This document shows, one piece after another, positions 39,901-51,077 of a stretch of 64,000 nucleotides of DNA. This stretch comes from Macrostomum hystrix. Taxonomy: Eukaryota > Animalia > Platyhelminthes. Both the position numbers and the translations under genes were made by a program. Numbering within the stretch: position 1 is the first letter of the stretch; each line of letters starts with the position of its first letter. Where the stretch lies: contig CATNEN010000033.1 of assembly GCA_950097015.1 (NCBI GenBank), positions 1,054,001 to 1,118,000 of the forward strand, given 5' to 3'. The notes under the pieces were generated by a model. That model searched no databases and was not told the origin of the DNA. It saw only the letters and a list, made by a program, of their open reading frames with translations.

Positions 39901-42803
39901 TCCGAGCTCACCAAAGCTGGGCCTGGCAAAGTCGTACCGGCCCTGGCAGGCTGCTGAACCCAGCAGGTGCGGCGCTACGCCACAGAATCTCGCATTGGCG
40001 CCGCGTTCGACACAGCCGGTGGCCACTAGGGCGCTCAGGCAGCCCAGGTATTCGTTGCTGAGGCCGCACTCGTCAGCAGCCATTAGCCTGTTGCGGATTG
40101 AGAACATCAGATTGCAGCGCTGGGCCAGGTAGCTGTCCAGCTGCTTGCTGATGCAGTGGGCGTAGCTGCTGTAGTCTGCAGAAATTGGTGTAGATTTGCT
40201 TTTCGTTTTTTAGAGACGTTCCACACATTCTTGATCAAAATCTGGCGAAATCCTCACCCCCTTTTTGATCTATCCAACACTGCCCGGGAGCAATGCCGAC
40301 TTACTTGTCTCGCAGATCCCATCGAAGAATCCGTCAAAACGGTAAAAGTACTCGTCCTGCTTCGTCTGCCACCAGGGGCAGACGGACCAGCTGGATCGGA
40401 ACCGCCGCAGCGCGCTGTCCTGGCACACCTTGTAGAAGCGCAGGTTTCTGCCGGTTGATGGGCGGAGGTTGCAGTGTGAGGACAGATTGATGGTTGGAGG
40501 TTTGCAGTGTGAGGACAGATTGATGGTTGGAGGTTGCAGTGTGAGGACAGATTGATGAGCGGAGGTTGCAGTGTGAGGACAGACTGATGAGCGGAGGTTG
40601 CAGTGTGAGGACAGATTGATGAGCGGAGGTTGCAGTGTGAGGACAGATTGATGAGCGGAGGTTGCAGTGTGGGGACAGATGGATAGTTGGAGGTTGCAGT
40701 GTGGGGACAGATTGATGGTTGGAGGTTGCAGTGTGAGGACAGATTGATGAGCGGAGGTTGCAGTGTGAGGACAGATTGATGGTTGGAGGTTTGCAGTGTG
40801 AGGACAGATTGATGAGCGGAGGTTGCAGTGTGAGGACCGGTTGGTGAGCGGAGGTTGCAGTGTGAGGGCGGGTTGGTGAGCGGAGGTTGCAGTGTGAGGA
40901 CAGATGGATAGTTGGAGGTTGCAGTGTGGGGACAGATTGATGGTTGGAGGTTGCAGTGTGAGGACAGATTGATGAGCGGAGGTTGCAGTGTGAGGACAGA
41001 TTGATGGTTGGAGGTTTGCAGTGTGAGGACAGATTGATGAGCGGAGGTTGCACTGTGAGGACCGGTTGGTGAGCGGAGGTTGCAGTGTGAGGGCGGGTTG
41101 GTGAGCGGAGGTTGCAGTGTGAGGACAGATGGATAGTTGGAGGTTGCAGTGTGGGGACAGATTGATGGTTGGAGGTTGCAGTGTGAGGACAGATTGATGA
41201 GCGGAGGTTGCAGTGTGAGGACAGATTGATGAGCGGAGGTTGCAGTGTGGGGACAGATTGATGGTTGGAGGTTGCAGTGTGAGGACAGATTGATGAGCGG
41301 AGGTTGCAGTGTGAGGACAGATTGATGAGCGGAGGTTGCAGTGTGAGGACGGGTTGGTGAGCGGAGGTTGCAGTGTGAGGACAGATGGATAGTTGGAGGT
41401 TGCAGTGTGGGGACAGATTGATGGTTGGAGGTTGCAGTGTGAGGACAGATTGATGGTTGGAGGTTGCAGTGTGAGGACAGATTGATGAGCGGAGGTTGCA
41501 GTGTAAGGACGGATTGATGAGCGGAGGTTGCAGTGTGAGGACAGATTGATGAGCGGAGGTTGCAGTGTGAGGACAGATTGATGAGCGGAGGTTGCAGTGT
41601 GAGGACAGATTGATGAGCGGAGGTTGCAGTGTGAGGACAGATTGATGAGCGGAGGTTGCAGTGTAAGGACAGATTGATGAGCGGAGGTTGCAGTGTGAGG
41701 ACAGATTGATGGTTGGAGGTTGCAGTGTGAGGACAGATTGATGAGCGGAGGTTGCAGTGTGGGGACAGATTGATAGTTGGAGGTTGCAGTGTGAGGACAG
41801 ATTGATGGTTGGAGGTTGCAGTGTGAGGACAGATTGATGAGCGGAGGTTGCAGTGTGAGGACGGGTTGGTGAGCGGAGGTTGCAGTGTGAGGACAGATTG
41901 ATGGTTGGAGGTTGCAGTGTGAGGACAGATTGATGAGCGGAGGTTGCAGTGTAAGGACGGATTGATGAGCGGAGGTTGCAGTGTGAGGACAGATTGATGA
42001 GCGGAGGTTGCAGTGTGAGGACAGATTGATGAGCGGAGGTTGCAGTGTGGGGACAGATGGATAGTTGGAGTTTGCAGTGTGGGGACAGATTGATGGTTGG
42101 AGGTTGCAGTGTGAGGACAGATTGATGAGCGGAGGTTGCAGTGTGAGGACAGATTGATGGTTGGAGGTTTACAGTGTGAGGACGGGTTGATGAGCGGAGG
42201 TTGCAGTGTGAGGACCGGTTGGTGAGCGGAGGTTGCAGTGTGAGGACGGGTTGGTGAGCGGAGGTTGCAGTGTGAGGACGGGTTAGTGAGCGGAGGTTGC
42301 AGTGTGAGGACAGATTGATGGTTGGAGGTTGCAGTGTGAGGACCGGTTGGTGAGCGGGGTTGCAGTGTGAGGACGGGTTGGTGAGCGGAGGTTGCAGTGT
42401 GAGGACGGGTTGGTGAGCGGAGGTTGCAGTGTGAGGACGGGTTGGTGAGCGGAGATTGCAGTGTGAGGACGGGTCTGTGAGTGGGGGGGACTTCAGGAGC
42501 GTCACAGCTGTGTCACAGGTGCGTCACAGGTGCGTCACAGGTGCGTCACAGGTCTCACGAGCAGATGGTGATCAGCTGTGCTGGCATCTGCAGGCTGAGC
42601 TGCAGCACGGATACGAGGCCGGAGGTTTTAGATTCGAACGAATAGTTGAACACGTGGCCGCGGGTGCTGGGCCCCAGCTGATTGATGCAGGCGTCTAGCT
42701 CTGTGTTGAACACGCCCTCGTCGCACTTGGCAAGGACCAGCGCATCTCCGGGAACTGCGGATTGTTGCGGATCTGAAGTATCAGTTTGCCTGCAGCCCGC
42801 CAT
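36701..42803 (-). CDS. Uncharacterised Cys-rich, helical-looking extracellular protein with a C-terminal hydrophobic (GPI-like) tail; 5' end not found
   Basis: Exons ~42803-42559, 40447-40305, ~40175-39931, ~39118-38946, ~38604-38468, ~38160-37980 and ~37280-36701. Five consecutive junctions are GT-AG with matching phases (2,1,1,2,1). The protein ends NAAVNSACFLFIAACAASVAIATHL*. No family recognised. Confidence 0.7.
39225..39745. repeat. Intronic minisatellite, 54-bp unit
   Basis: agctggacagagaatgtacttgccgaggggcagagagagaggaatggtgcgcat, about 9.5 copies. Confidence 0.95.
40450..42480. repeat. Intronic minisatellite, 32-bp unit (two variants: gatgagc- and gatggtt-ggaggttgcagtgtgaggacagatt)
   Basis: About 2 kb array abutting the acceptor at 40448-40450. 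Confidence 0.97.
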
Positions 42804-42809
42804 CTCACG

Positions 42810-43505
42810 ACCTCACTGAGCCTGCCTCACTGAACCTGCCTCACTGAGCCTGCCTCACTGAGCCTGCCTCACTGAGCCTGCCTCACTGAGCCTGCCTCAC
42901 TCAACCAGCCTCACTCAACCTCACTGAGCCTGCCTCACTGAGCTTGCCTCACTCAACCTCACTGAGCCTGCCTCACTGAGCTTGCCTCACTCAACCTCAC
43001 TGAGCCTGCCTCACTCAGCCTGCCTCACTCAACCTGCCTCACTCAACCTGCCTCACTCAGCCTGCCTCACTCAACCTGCCTCACTCAACCTGCCTCACTC
43101 AACCTCACTGAGCCTGCCTCACTGAGCTTGCCTCACTCAACCTGCCTCACTCAACCTGCCTCACTCAACCTGCCTCACTCAACCTCACTGAGCCTGCCTC
43201 ACTGAGCTTGCCTCACTCAACCTGCCTCACGCAACCTGCCTCACTCAGCCTGCCTCACTCAACCTGCCTCACTCAACCTGCCTCACTCAACCTGCCTCAC
43301 TCAACCTGCCTCACTCAACCTGCCTCACTCAACCTGCCTCACTCAACCTGCCTCACTCAGCCTGCCTCACTCAGCCTGCCTCACTCAACCTGCCTCACTC
43401 AGCCTGCCTCACTCAACCTGCCTCACTCAGCCTGCCTCACTCAACCTGCCTCACTCAACCTGCCTCACTCAGCCTGCCTCACTCAGCCTGCCTCACTCAA
43501 CCTGC
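42810..43505. repeat. Minisatellite, 14-bp unit cctgcctcactcaa/gag
   Basis: About 50 tandem copies. Confidence 0.95.
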
Positions 43506-44419
43506 TTCGCTAAATCAGAAATTCGGGACAGCACAATGTTGCTTGTCACACAAGCTTTTTCTGCTCGCTCCTCCACAAAAATGTTTTCACATTTCTAGGA
43601 CACTTCTCACACGAGCGTTTCATCGTGTTTATCCTTTGCACTAGATTGGGATAATATATTTGTCAGCCGATTCTCTTCCGCTCCTTCGAGACATCCCGAA
43701 CTCAAGTTGAAGAGGCGAACGAACGAAAAAAAGCATTAGTTTTTCTTGCGCCATCTGAGCCAGCTGCACTCAGTTTCTCGATTGCGAAATTTTCTGCCGC
43801 TGAATAAAACATTCCAGCCGCAACTGGGCCTCAATGAATGAGGAGCTCCCTGCAGCCTTCTGAATTATTGACAGGTCACAGAAAATCCCAGGCTGGGAAG
43901 CGGTCCTCACACCATTCCTAGCAGAATCCGCACCTGTTGCTCCCTCTCGGCTGCCAAATCCCACTCAGCCGTTTGAGTTGGGATCAACCTCTCTGCTCAG
44001 AGGAACACGAATTCAGCAATTCAGAAAACACATTGCCAAGTTTGACGTGTCCACAAGCTGAGGGACAATGTGGAGCAGTGCTCAATTATTGACATGAGGC
44101 TGACAGGTGGCCTGTATCTATGATATTATAATCCAATGCATCTTGCGCCTCGTTGCACGGAATCCAAAATCTTTTTTTCGCGCTGATTCAGACTTTGAAG
44201 CCAAGCGTATCAAATTAGAACAGCAAATCAAGCCTAGAATCATGGCTCACTGACTCCCAATGCGAACACAATGCTCCAGACACCACATGCTGTCTGCGTG
44301 ACCCGGGCGTCTTATACCAGCGGGCTGGCAACCTCCGGCCCGCGGGCCAGATGCTGCCCCTGACCCGATTTTATGACTAACTCTGCTCCTTCTCATTTCC
44401 CCATGCCTCATCTCTACCT

Positions 44420-45345
44420 GCCTCACCTCTTCGCTGTCTCAACTCTCCCCTGTCTTATCTCTCCCCTGTCTTATCTCTCCCCTGTCTCAACTCTCCCCTG
44501 TCTTATCTCTCCCCTGTCTTATCTCTCCCCTGTCTTATCTCTCCCTGTCTTATCTCTCCCCTGTCTTAGCTCTCCCCTGTCTTATCTCTCCCCTGTCTTA
44601 TCTCTCCCCTGTCTTATCTCTCCCCTGTCTTATCTCTCCCCTGTCTTATCTCTCCCCTGTCTTATCTCTCCCCTGTCTTATCTCTCCCCTGTCTTATCTC
44701 TCCCCTGTCTTATCTCTCCCCTGTCTTATCTCTCCCCTGTCTTATCTCTCCCCTGTCTTATCTCTCCCCTGTCTTATCTCTCCCCTGTCTTATCCTCCCC
44801 TGTATTATCCTCTCCCCTGTCTTATCTCTCCCCTGTCTTATCTCTCCCCTGTCTTATCTCTCCCCTGTCTTATCTCTCCCCTGTCTTATCTCTCCCCTGT
44901 CTTATCCCTCCCCTGTCTTATCCCTCCCCTGTCTTATCTCTCCCCTGTCTTATCTCTCCCCTGTCTTATCTCTCCCCTGTCTTATCTCTCCCCTGTCTTA
45001 TCTCTCCCCTGTCTTATCTCTCCCCTGTCTTATCTCTCCCCTGTCTTATCTCTCCCCTGTCTTATCTCTCCCCTGTCTTATCTCTTCGCTGTCTCAACTC
45101 TCCCCTGTCTTATCTCTCCCCTGTCTTATCTCTCCCCTGTCTTATCTCTCCCCTGTCTTATCTCTCCCCTGTCTTATCTCTCCCCTGTCTTATCTCTCCC
45201 CTGTCTTATCTCTCCCCTGTCTTATCCCTCCCCTGTATTATCCCTCCCCTGTCTTATCTCTCCCCTGTCTTATCTCTCCCCTGTCTTATCTCTCCCCTGT
45301 CTTATCTCTCCCCTGTCTTATCTCTCCCCTGTCTCAGCTCTCCAC
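44420..45345. repeat. Minisatellite, 16-bp unit cttatctctcccctgt
   Basis: More than 50 tandem copies. Confidence 0.97.
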
Positions 45346-47825
45346 ATTGATGCGTTTTTGTATTAGCATTTGGGCCCGCGTGGTTTATAATGATGCCTAG
45401 CCCTGTCTTATTACCTGGACACAATGAAAGATGGCGTTCGAACTAATATACTTTGTTTCTAAGAATGTAAGGCCAGACAAATCCTCTGAATTATTAAACC
45501 TGCCATTGGAATGTCTAGCTTAGGAATCCAAGAGCCCTCAGAGACACCTGGGGCAGTCAGGGGATAATTGGGTCGCTCTGCGCCAGCTATTATCGAGTGC
45601 ATGGAAACTGACCAGACACAACGCAGCGAGTTTTTGATTGACTGAGATGGCCACTGGCCACCACGCAAACCTGACCTCGGTTTAAGAATTCACTTAAAAA
45701 TGCGGAGATTTCAGGGTTTGAAAATCTAGCGAGGCGGCGGCTTTCACTCCAAATCAAGAGGCTGTTAAGTATTTTAAGCTTCCTTCGATAAGAAATGCTG
45801 ACCTGAATCCTGACACGGCCAACAGTCACTTCCTGTGGCTGCAGCCCTTTCACCTTCCTGTTCTTTTCTCATTCTCTAGCGAAAAAAACCTTCTCAACAA
45901 TGATTTCTTCTCCCTAGTTATTTAATTTTTCAATTTCGGTCAATCAAACTGGAATGTAGACACACCGTTCTCCATATCTTCGTTTTTCTTCTTGAAATCC
46001 ACAGATCTGCCGTTAATAATGGGCGCGTCTATTTACCTAGAAGCAGAAAGTGAACCTGGGATTCCTTCGCAATGGGTTGTCAATCAAGCCGCAATCAATC
46101 TGATGTGGCCGCCGCATGCAATCAAACCAGACAAAGATTAGCAAAGCTGTTGAATAATTATCCGAAGCAAGTGCTCTCAACTATAATCCGATTAAGCACG
46201 AGGGATGCACGCAGAGCCTTGACCTCGAGACTCCAGCACGAGGCCGTTGACAGGTCAGCTAAAGCTCCATTAAAACATGACAGAAAGTGTGAAAGCAGGC
46301 ATTCAGCGAACCGAGTGGTACAAAATGAAGATCCGGCAGCAAAAATTATTCTTTTTGCGGCTCTGTTGGCCAAGATTTTCAATAAAATTCAAACTCATTT
46401 CCTTTTTCCTTCTGCCCTCTTTTATTTGCTTTCTCTGGAACCAGATCGCACCAGTTAAACTATCCTTCAGCAGTTTAGAGAATAAAAATGAAACGGAAGT
46501 TTCTGTTGCACGAACGACCGAAATCATTAATAATCGCGACCTTTTTTCGCGGCAATTTTTCTTCCACTGTAAAATTTGCCCACGGGGCCGGTGGGAGATA
46601 TTTTAGGGACAATTTCTGCCGCAAATCTCTTCGGTGGCACACCGGGAGAACGGAAAGACTGACAGCTTTCGGTACGGAGAGACAGACGGACAGGACTACG
46701 GGGCATTGTGCCGTAAGAAAATGCAAAAGGAAAATGCTGACATGAAATAGAGCGCAGAAGATGAAAGGAGAATTGCTTAGAAAAAGAACAGGAGTAATGG
46801 GGATACAGGAGTGTGGTAGGGATCATCGTTTGGAGGATTAATGAGTGAAAGATAAGATCGTAGATGGCAGATAGAGATAGGAAGATAGACCTAGCGATAA
46901 CGTGGAATCAAGATTCTTATTAAAGGAGAGGAGAGGAACAGTAAGAGTAAAGAGCTTCGAGGGTGTAGACTTAGGGTTTGTGTGGTAGATGGGGCGGGAA
47001 TATACTGGTAGATGGAGTCGGTGTAGACGCACCTGTCAGTGGGCAGTCAAAGGGGCTTATATATGCGGTTCGCCGGCAAAGACAAACGCCCAAGAATGGC
47101 TGGCCATCCAAGCTAATGTTTATTTATGCCCAGTTGGCTTGCACTGGCTCCAAGCCATTTTTATGAGGACCATCTGAAGTTGACAGAAGCGCGCTGGCCT
47201 ATCCTACTAGATACATTTTGATTCCAAAGCGCTCTGCCAGGTTTTTTCAAAAGTAAAAATCACATTCTCTGCGTAGCACTTTCGCAATCACTGGCAGCCA
47301 CCCCGCTGTGACCTTTTAAGCGCTCTCCGGCCGCACCACGCTTGGGTCAGGCTTGGAAAGGCACACAGCTTCCTCTAAACGAGAAAATAGTTTTTTTCTC
47401 TAAACCAGCGCATGATAAGGCAGCGAGAAGGGAAAAGAACTTTGGGAAAATTGCTTGCACTGCTTTTGCATCCGTGAAACCACTGCGTGCTCCCCTCCCC
47501 GAGGGGTTGCTTCGTCATTTGGCTCGTGGCAGCGGCCTTTTTAACACCTTTCTCTGGTGTAGGATCCAGGGGGCTGTCTCCAAGGGCCACAAGCCGACAG
47601 ATCCATCTGGTCCAAAGTGGAGACATGGCAGCTGCTTTAGGAAAGGTGGATTTCATGGCCACCGGCTTGTCGCGACTGTTAACAGCCTCCAAAACACGAG
47701 CGGCATCCTCAATCATTATTTTGGGGACTAATTTTAGCGGCTACGGCTGACAAAATGAGATCAGCAATTGCATCTTGCCGTTTCCCCAATTTCTTGTCTT
47801 TTGGAAGACAAGAACTGCCGACAAG

Positions 47826-47861
47826 AACAGACAGACAGACAGACAGACACCCAGCACAGCC

Positions 47862-47894
<33 letters not shown>

Positions 47895-48178
47895 CCCAGC
47901 ACAGCCAGACAGACACCCAGCACAGACAGACACCCAGCACAGACAGACACCCAGCACAGACAGACAGACACCCAGCACAGACAGACAGACACCCAGCACA
48001 GACAGACAGACACCCAGCACAGACAGACAGACACCCAGCACAGACAGACAGACACCCAGCACAGACAGACAGACACCCAGCACAGACAGACAGACACCCA
48101 GCACAGACAGACAGACACCCAGCACAGACAGAGACACCCAGCACAGACAGACAGACAGACAGACAGGCAGACAGACCT
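47826..48178. repeat. Compound (CAGA)n / cacccagca repeat, ~21-bp unit
   Basis: Direct tandem copies. Confidence 0.92.
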
Positions 48179-49277
48179 GATATGCAGCAGGATGGAGCAC
48201 GGCTGGCTCCCAAGGAGCAAGAAACCGAAAAAATCTGACTGCCGAAGCCACTGGCTTCCCGCTAATTAAGCCGCAGTTTACTTCGGCACAGATTATCCCA
48301 TTTCCCACTCTTCTCTCCCTTCCACGCCTACTAGAGGAAAGAGTCGCAATTTCCTTGAGCTGTCTCAAACCCGACTTCCTTCCCCATTGCCTACTCCACC
48401 CGTGAGCAGAGGACTCGAAACTCTCCAGCGAGAGGAGTTATCCCAAACCTGCAACCAACGAAGATAACTCGCAAGGTCGGACTGTAGCGCCTTGTAATTA
48501 GAACCAGAGCTCACACACACACCCACACCCATACCAACACACACACTTGAATTACATGCCACATACGCATAGAAGAATATTGCTGAATATTGAATAATAG
48601 TGTCAAATCAGGGATAACTGACTGATCAGGGATAAATACCTGTGACAAGAAATTTACTGTTAATTGTTTCTAGTTTAGTTTTCTGTGACAAACCCCAAGC
48701 CCCGGATCCTTTTTACAAACCAAAGGGTCAAGCCGTGTCTTTCAACTTTCAGCAGAGATCGAGCGTGAGCAGACTCAGACAGCGGACTCACTTCGTATAG
48801 CTCAGTCTTTATTACTGTAGTTAAACTACAAAATTGACAGTCTCCTAGGACTCAGTGGGGATCGATAAAAAGGGGTTCAGCTCATACTGGCGGGGGCCTT
48901 TCTTTCGTGCACAGCAGCGTCAGCAGCTGATGAGGCGCACTTGCCAGACCAGCCTCTCCACTTGAGCCTGCAGAGTTGAGTTTCTTTTATCTTGAGATCA
49001 GCTCTGTGAGGTACAGCCCTATAGCTGACCCAACCGATTCGATAATTTGTAGTCGAGTGGAATGCCTCCATCCTCATCCGGCTCCAAGCTGCAGAGTATT
49101 TCACATGCCTCAATCAAGCTTAAGAAGTGGTCAAATGCTTGAGCAAAACATTAACTTCGAAATAAGCTATAATTTAAGGCAAATCTCACGTACAAGCTTT
49201 TAACTGATAAAAAAACGTTTTTCTGAAAGAACTGTTTTATAAATTACGGATATCAGTTGTGAAATACAAAACACCAA

Positions 49278-49420
49278 GGTGGTTGTAGCCTTGTGGTTAG
49301 AGCGTCGGACTCACGACTCGAAGGTCGGGGGTTCGACTCCCGACTCCACTGAACAATTTGTGACATTTACGAGCTTAGCAAGACGCTTCAATTAACTCTG
49401 AGATGCTTCAGTTCACCCTT
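49278..49420 (+). mobile_element. tRNA-derived SINE, family B (best-preserved head)
   Basis: TAGCCTTGTGG A-box and GGTTCGACTCC B-box, followed by gaacaattt...tgcttcagttcaccc. The acceptor stem is imperfect. Confidence 0.72.
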
Positions 49421-50634
49421 ATTATATAAATCAAATTTAGAGGTATACCAGTAGACAGCTTCCCGCAGTTGAAGCATTCCAATTGTACATTTAGCAACTA
49501 TTTAAGTCGATTGATTTTTAAGCTTAATATAAAACAGCTGTCCGAGTTAGATAGCAGTCCCGCTAGCTCATTGTGCCATACAGTGTAACTATTGAGTTCT
49601 CAATGTCTTTCGTTTCACTCACCCGCTGAAAGCAAAACCAGGACAAGCAGGAGGGTGGAGCCGCAAGGCACGCACACAGCAGCGCATTCTCTTTGCATTG
49701 CTTGACTCAGTTCTGAGTTTTCTGCAGCGAAGACGATAGTCAACAAGCCCTGGGGTTTTTGCTTGCGCTCCCGTTGAAGAAGCAGAGTAGAAGCGCGGAG
49801 GTCAGCCAATGATCTATTTGAGCACAATTTATCAATAAGCTGATCTGGGAATACTCAATAACGATGGCAGCAAATGTGATTGATTCTGGTATAAATGATT
49901 GCTGTTTGATGCCGCTTTGCTGTGCTCGGATTCGGACAGGGGGGGTAGCAGCAGACACTAAATCGAAATTAAGTGGGAGCGGCTAGCCAATCAGATTTCA
50001 GCTGGACTTCAGGCTCGCTAAAAGCCAATGGGGCTGGGCCGAATTCGAGACTTGGCTAACAGAAAAGGCTGGCTGATTCGCTAATGCAAAAGCAGACCTG
50101 ACCCCAAAATTAGATTTCATGTAGCAGATCTTCAAGAGTTTCAAAGCTATAATCTTCTTGATAACTTTCATTTTTAGACTTGAAAGCAATTTCAATTCAC
50201 TACATCTCGCTTCAAGTTAGGAATTGCTAATAGAGAACACTGATGGTTAAGTCGAGAACACAACTCTTCCAGAAGCTCGCAACTGATGGCTGGAGCCAAA
50301 AATACTCGATTGCCACTTTGATATAAAGCATATATATTTGGAATTTAGCCTAGAGCGCAAACATTATGCTTAGTACGAGCAACTCGTATCGTTGCTAATA
50401 TTGGCTGAAAATCAAAACGCTGGATGGCAAACAACTTAATTATAACAAGAAGAACTAGAAACTAATAGCTTTTCTAAAGCCTTTGCTAAAAAAGGACCAA
50501 AAAAATATCAATATTTTCTGCATGACCAGAAAACAAAAGCTATAGTAGAATCCTCATTTAAGGTCCACGCAAAGGCGCCATGCTTGAAGGTAACTAGTAG
50601 AACATAATCACTTAGGATCGATTGTGGGTGCTAA

Positions 50635-50900
50635 GAATAGTCACACAAAAACTTCCTGTGTCAAGGTCACTGATTGAAATAACTATACGTCAACTATATT
50701 TGCTTCTTTATATAGTCACGCGAAGAGTTCGTGTCTCAAGGTCACTGATTAGAAATAACTATACGTCAACTATATTTGCTTCTTTATATAGTCACGCGAA
50801 GAGTTCGTGTCTCAAGGTCACTGATTGAAATAACTATACGTCAACTATATTTGCTTCTTTATACAGTCACGCGAAGAGTTCGTGTCTCAAGGTCACTGAT
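50635..50900. repeat. 76-bp tandem repeat (~3.5 copies), each containing a small hairpin
   Basis: agtcacgcgaagagttcgtgtctcaagg... recurs at 50714 and 50790. Confidence 0.88.
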
Positions 50901-51077
50901 TTGAAACGTGACAAGACTAACAATATGGACTTCTATAAGTACCTTTAAAAATATACCGTACGTATTCAATCAAAGCCTTTGCCTCAAAGGCTTGCTAATT
51001 GCGATCTTGACCACTACAATAGCTTCGTGAAGTTAAGTTCGAATTTCACGCGAAGACTTCGTGTCTAGCTCGCAAGG

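Noticed and set aside
40334-42505. 723-aa ORF of HTATS/LTLQPP repeats
   Set aside because: It is the 32-bp intronic minisatellite; the real exons join in phase across it (42559 to 40447).
45450-47750. Short ORFs between 45.4 and 47.7 kb (and at 54-55.3 kb and 59.1-59.6 kb)
   Set aside because: No recognisable domains or phase-consistent splice partners; they may be decayed repeats but cannot be supported from the sequence alone.
39140-48368. Repeat-derived ORFs at 39.1-39.9 kb, 43.2-43.5 kb, 44.4-45.35 kb and 47.7-48.4 kb
   Set aside because: All coincide with minisatellites and are open in several frames at once.
49278-49350. Functional tRNA gene (also 6261-6332, 20050-20122, 2366-2440, 16545-16620)
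   Set aside because: Acceptor and D stems are broken, the anticodon position differs between copies, and shared non-tRNA bodies follow, so these are SINE heads.
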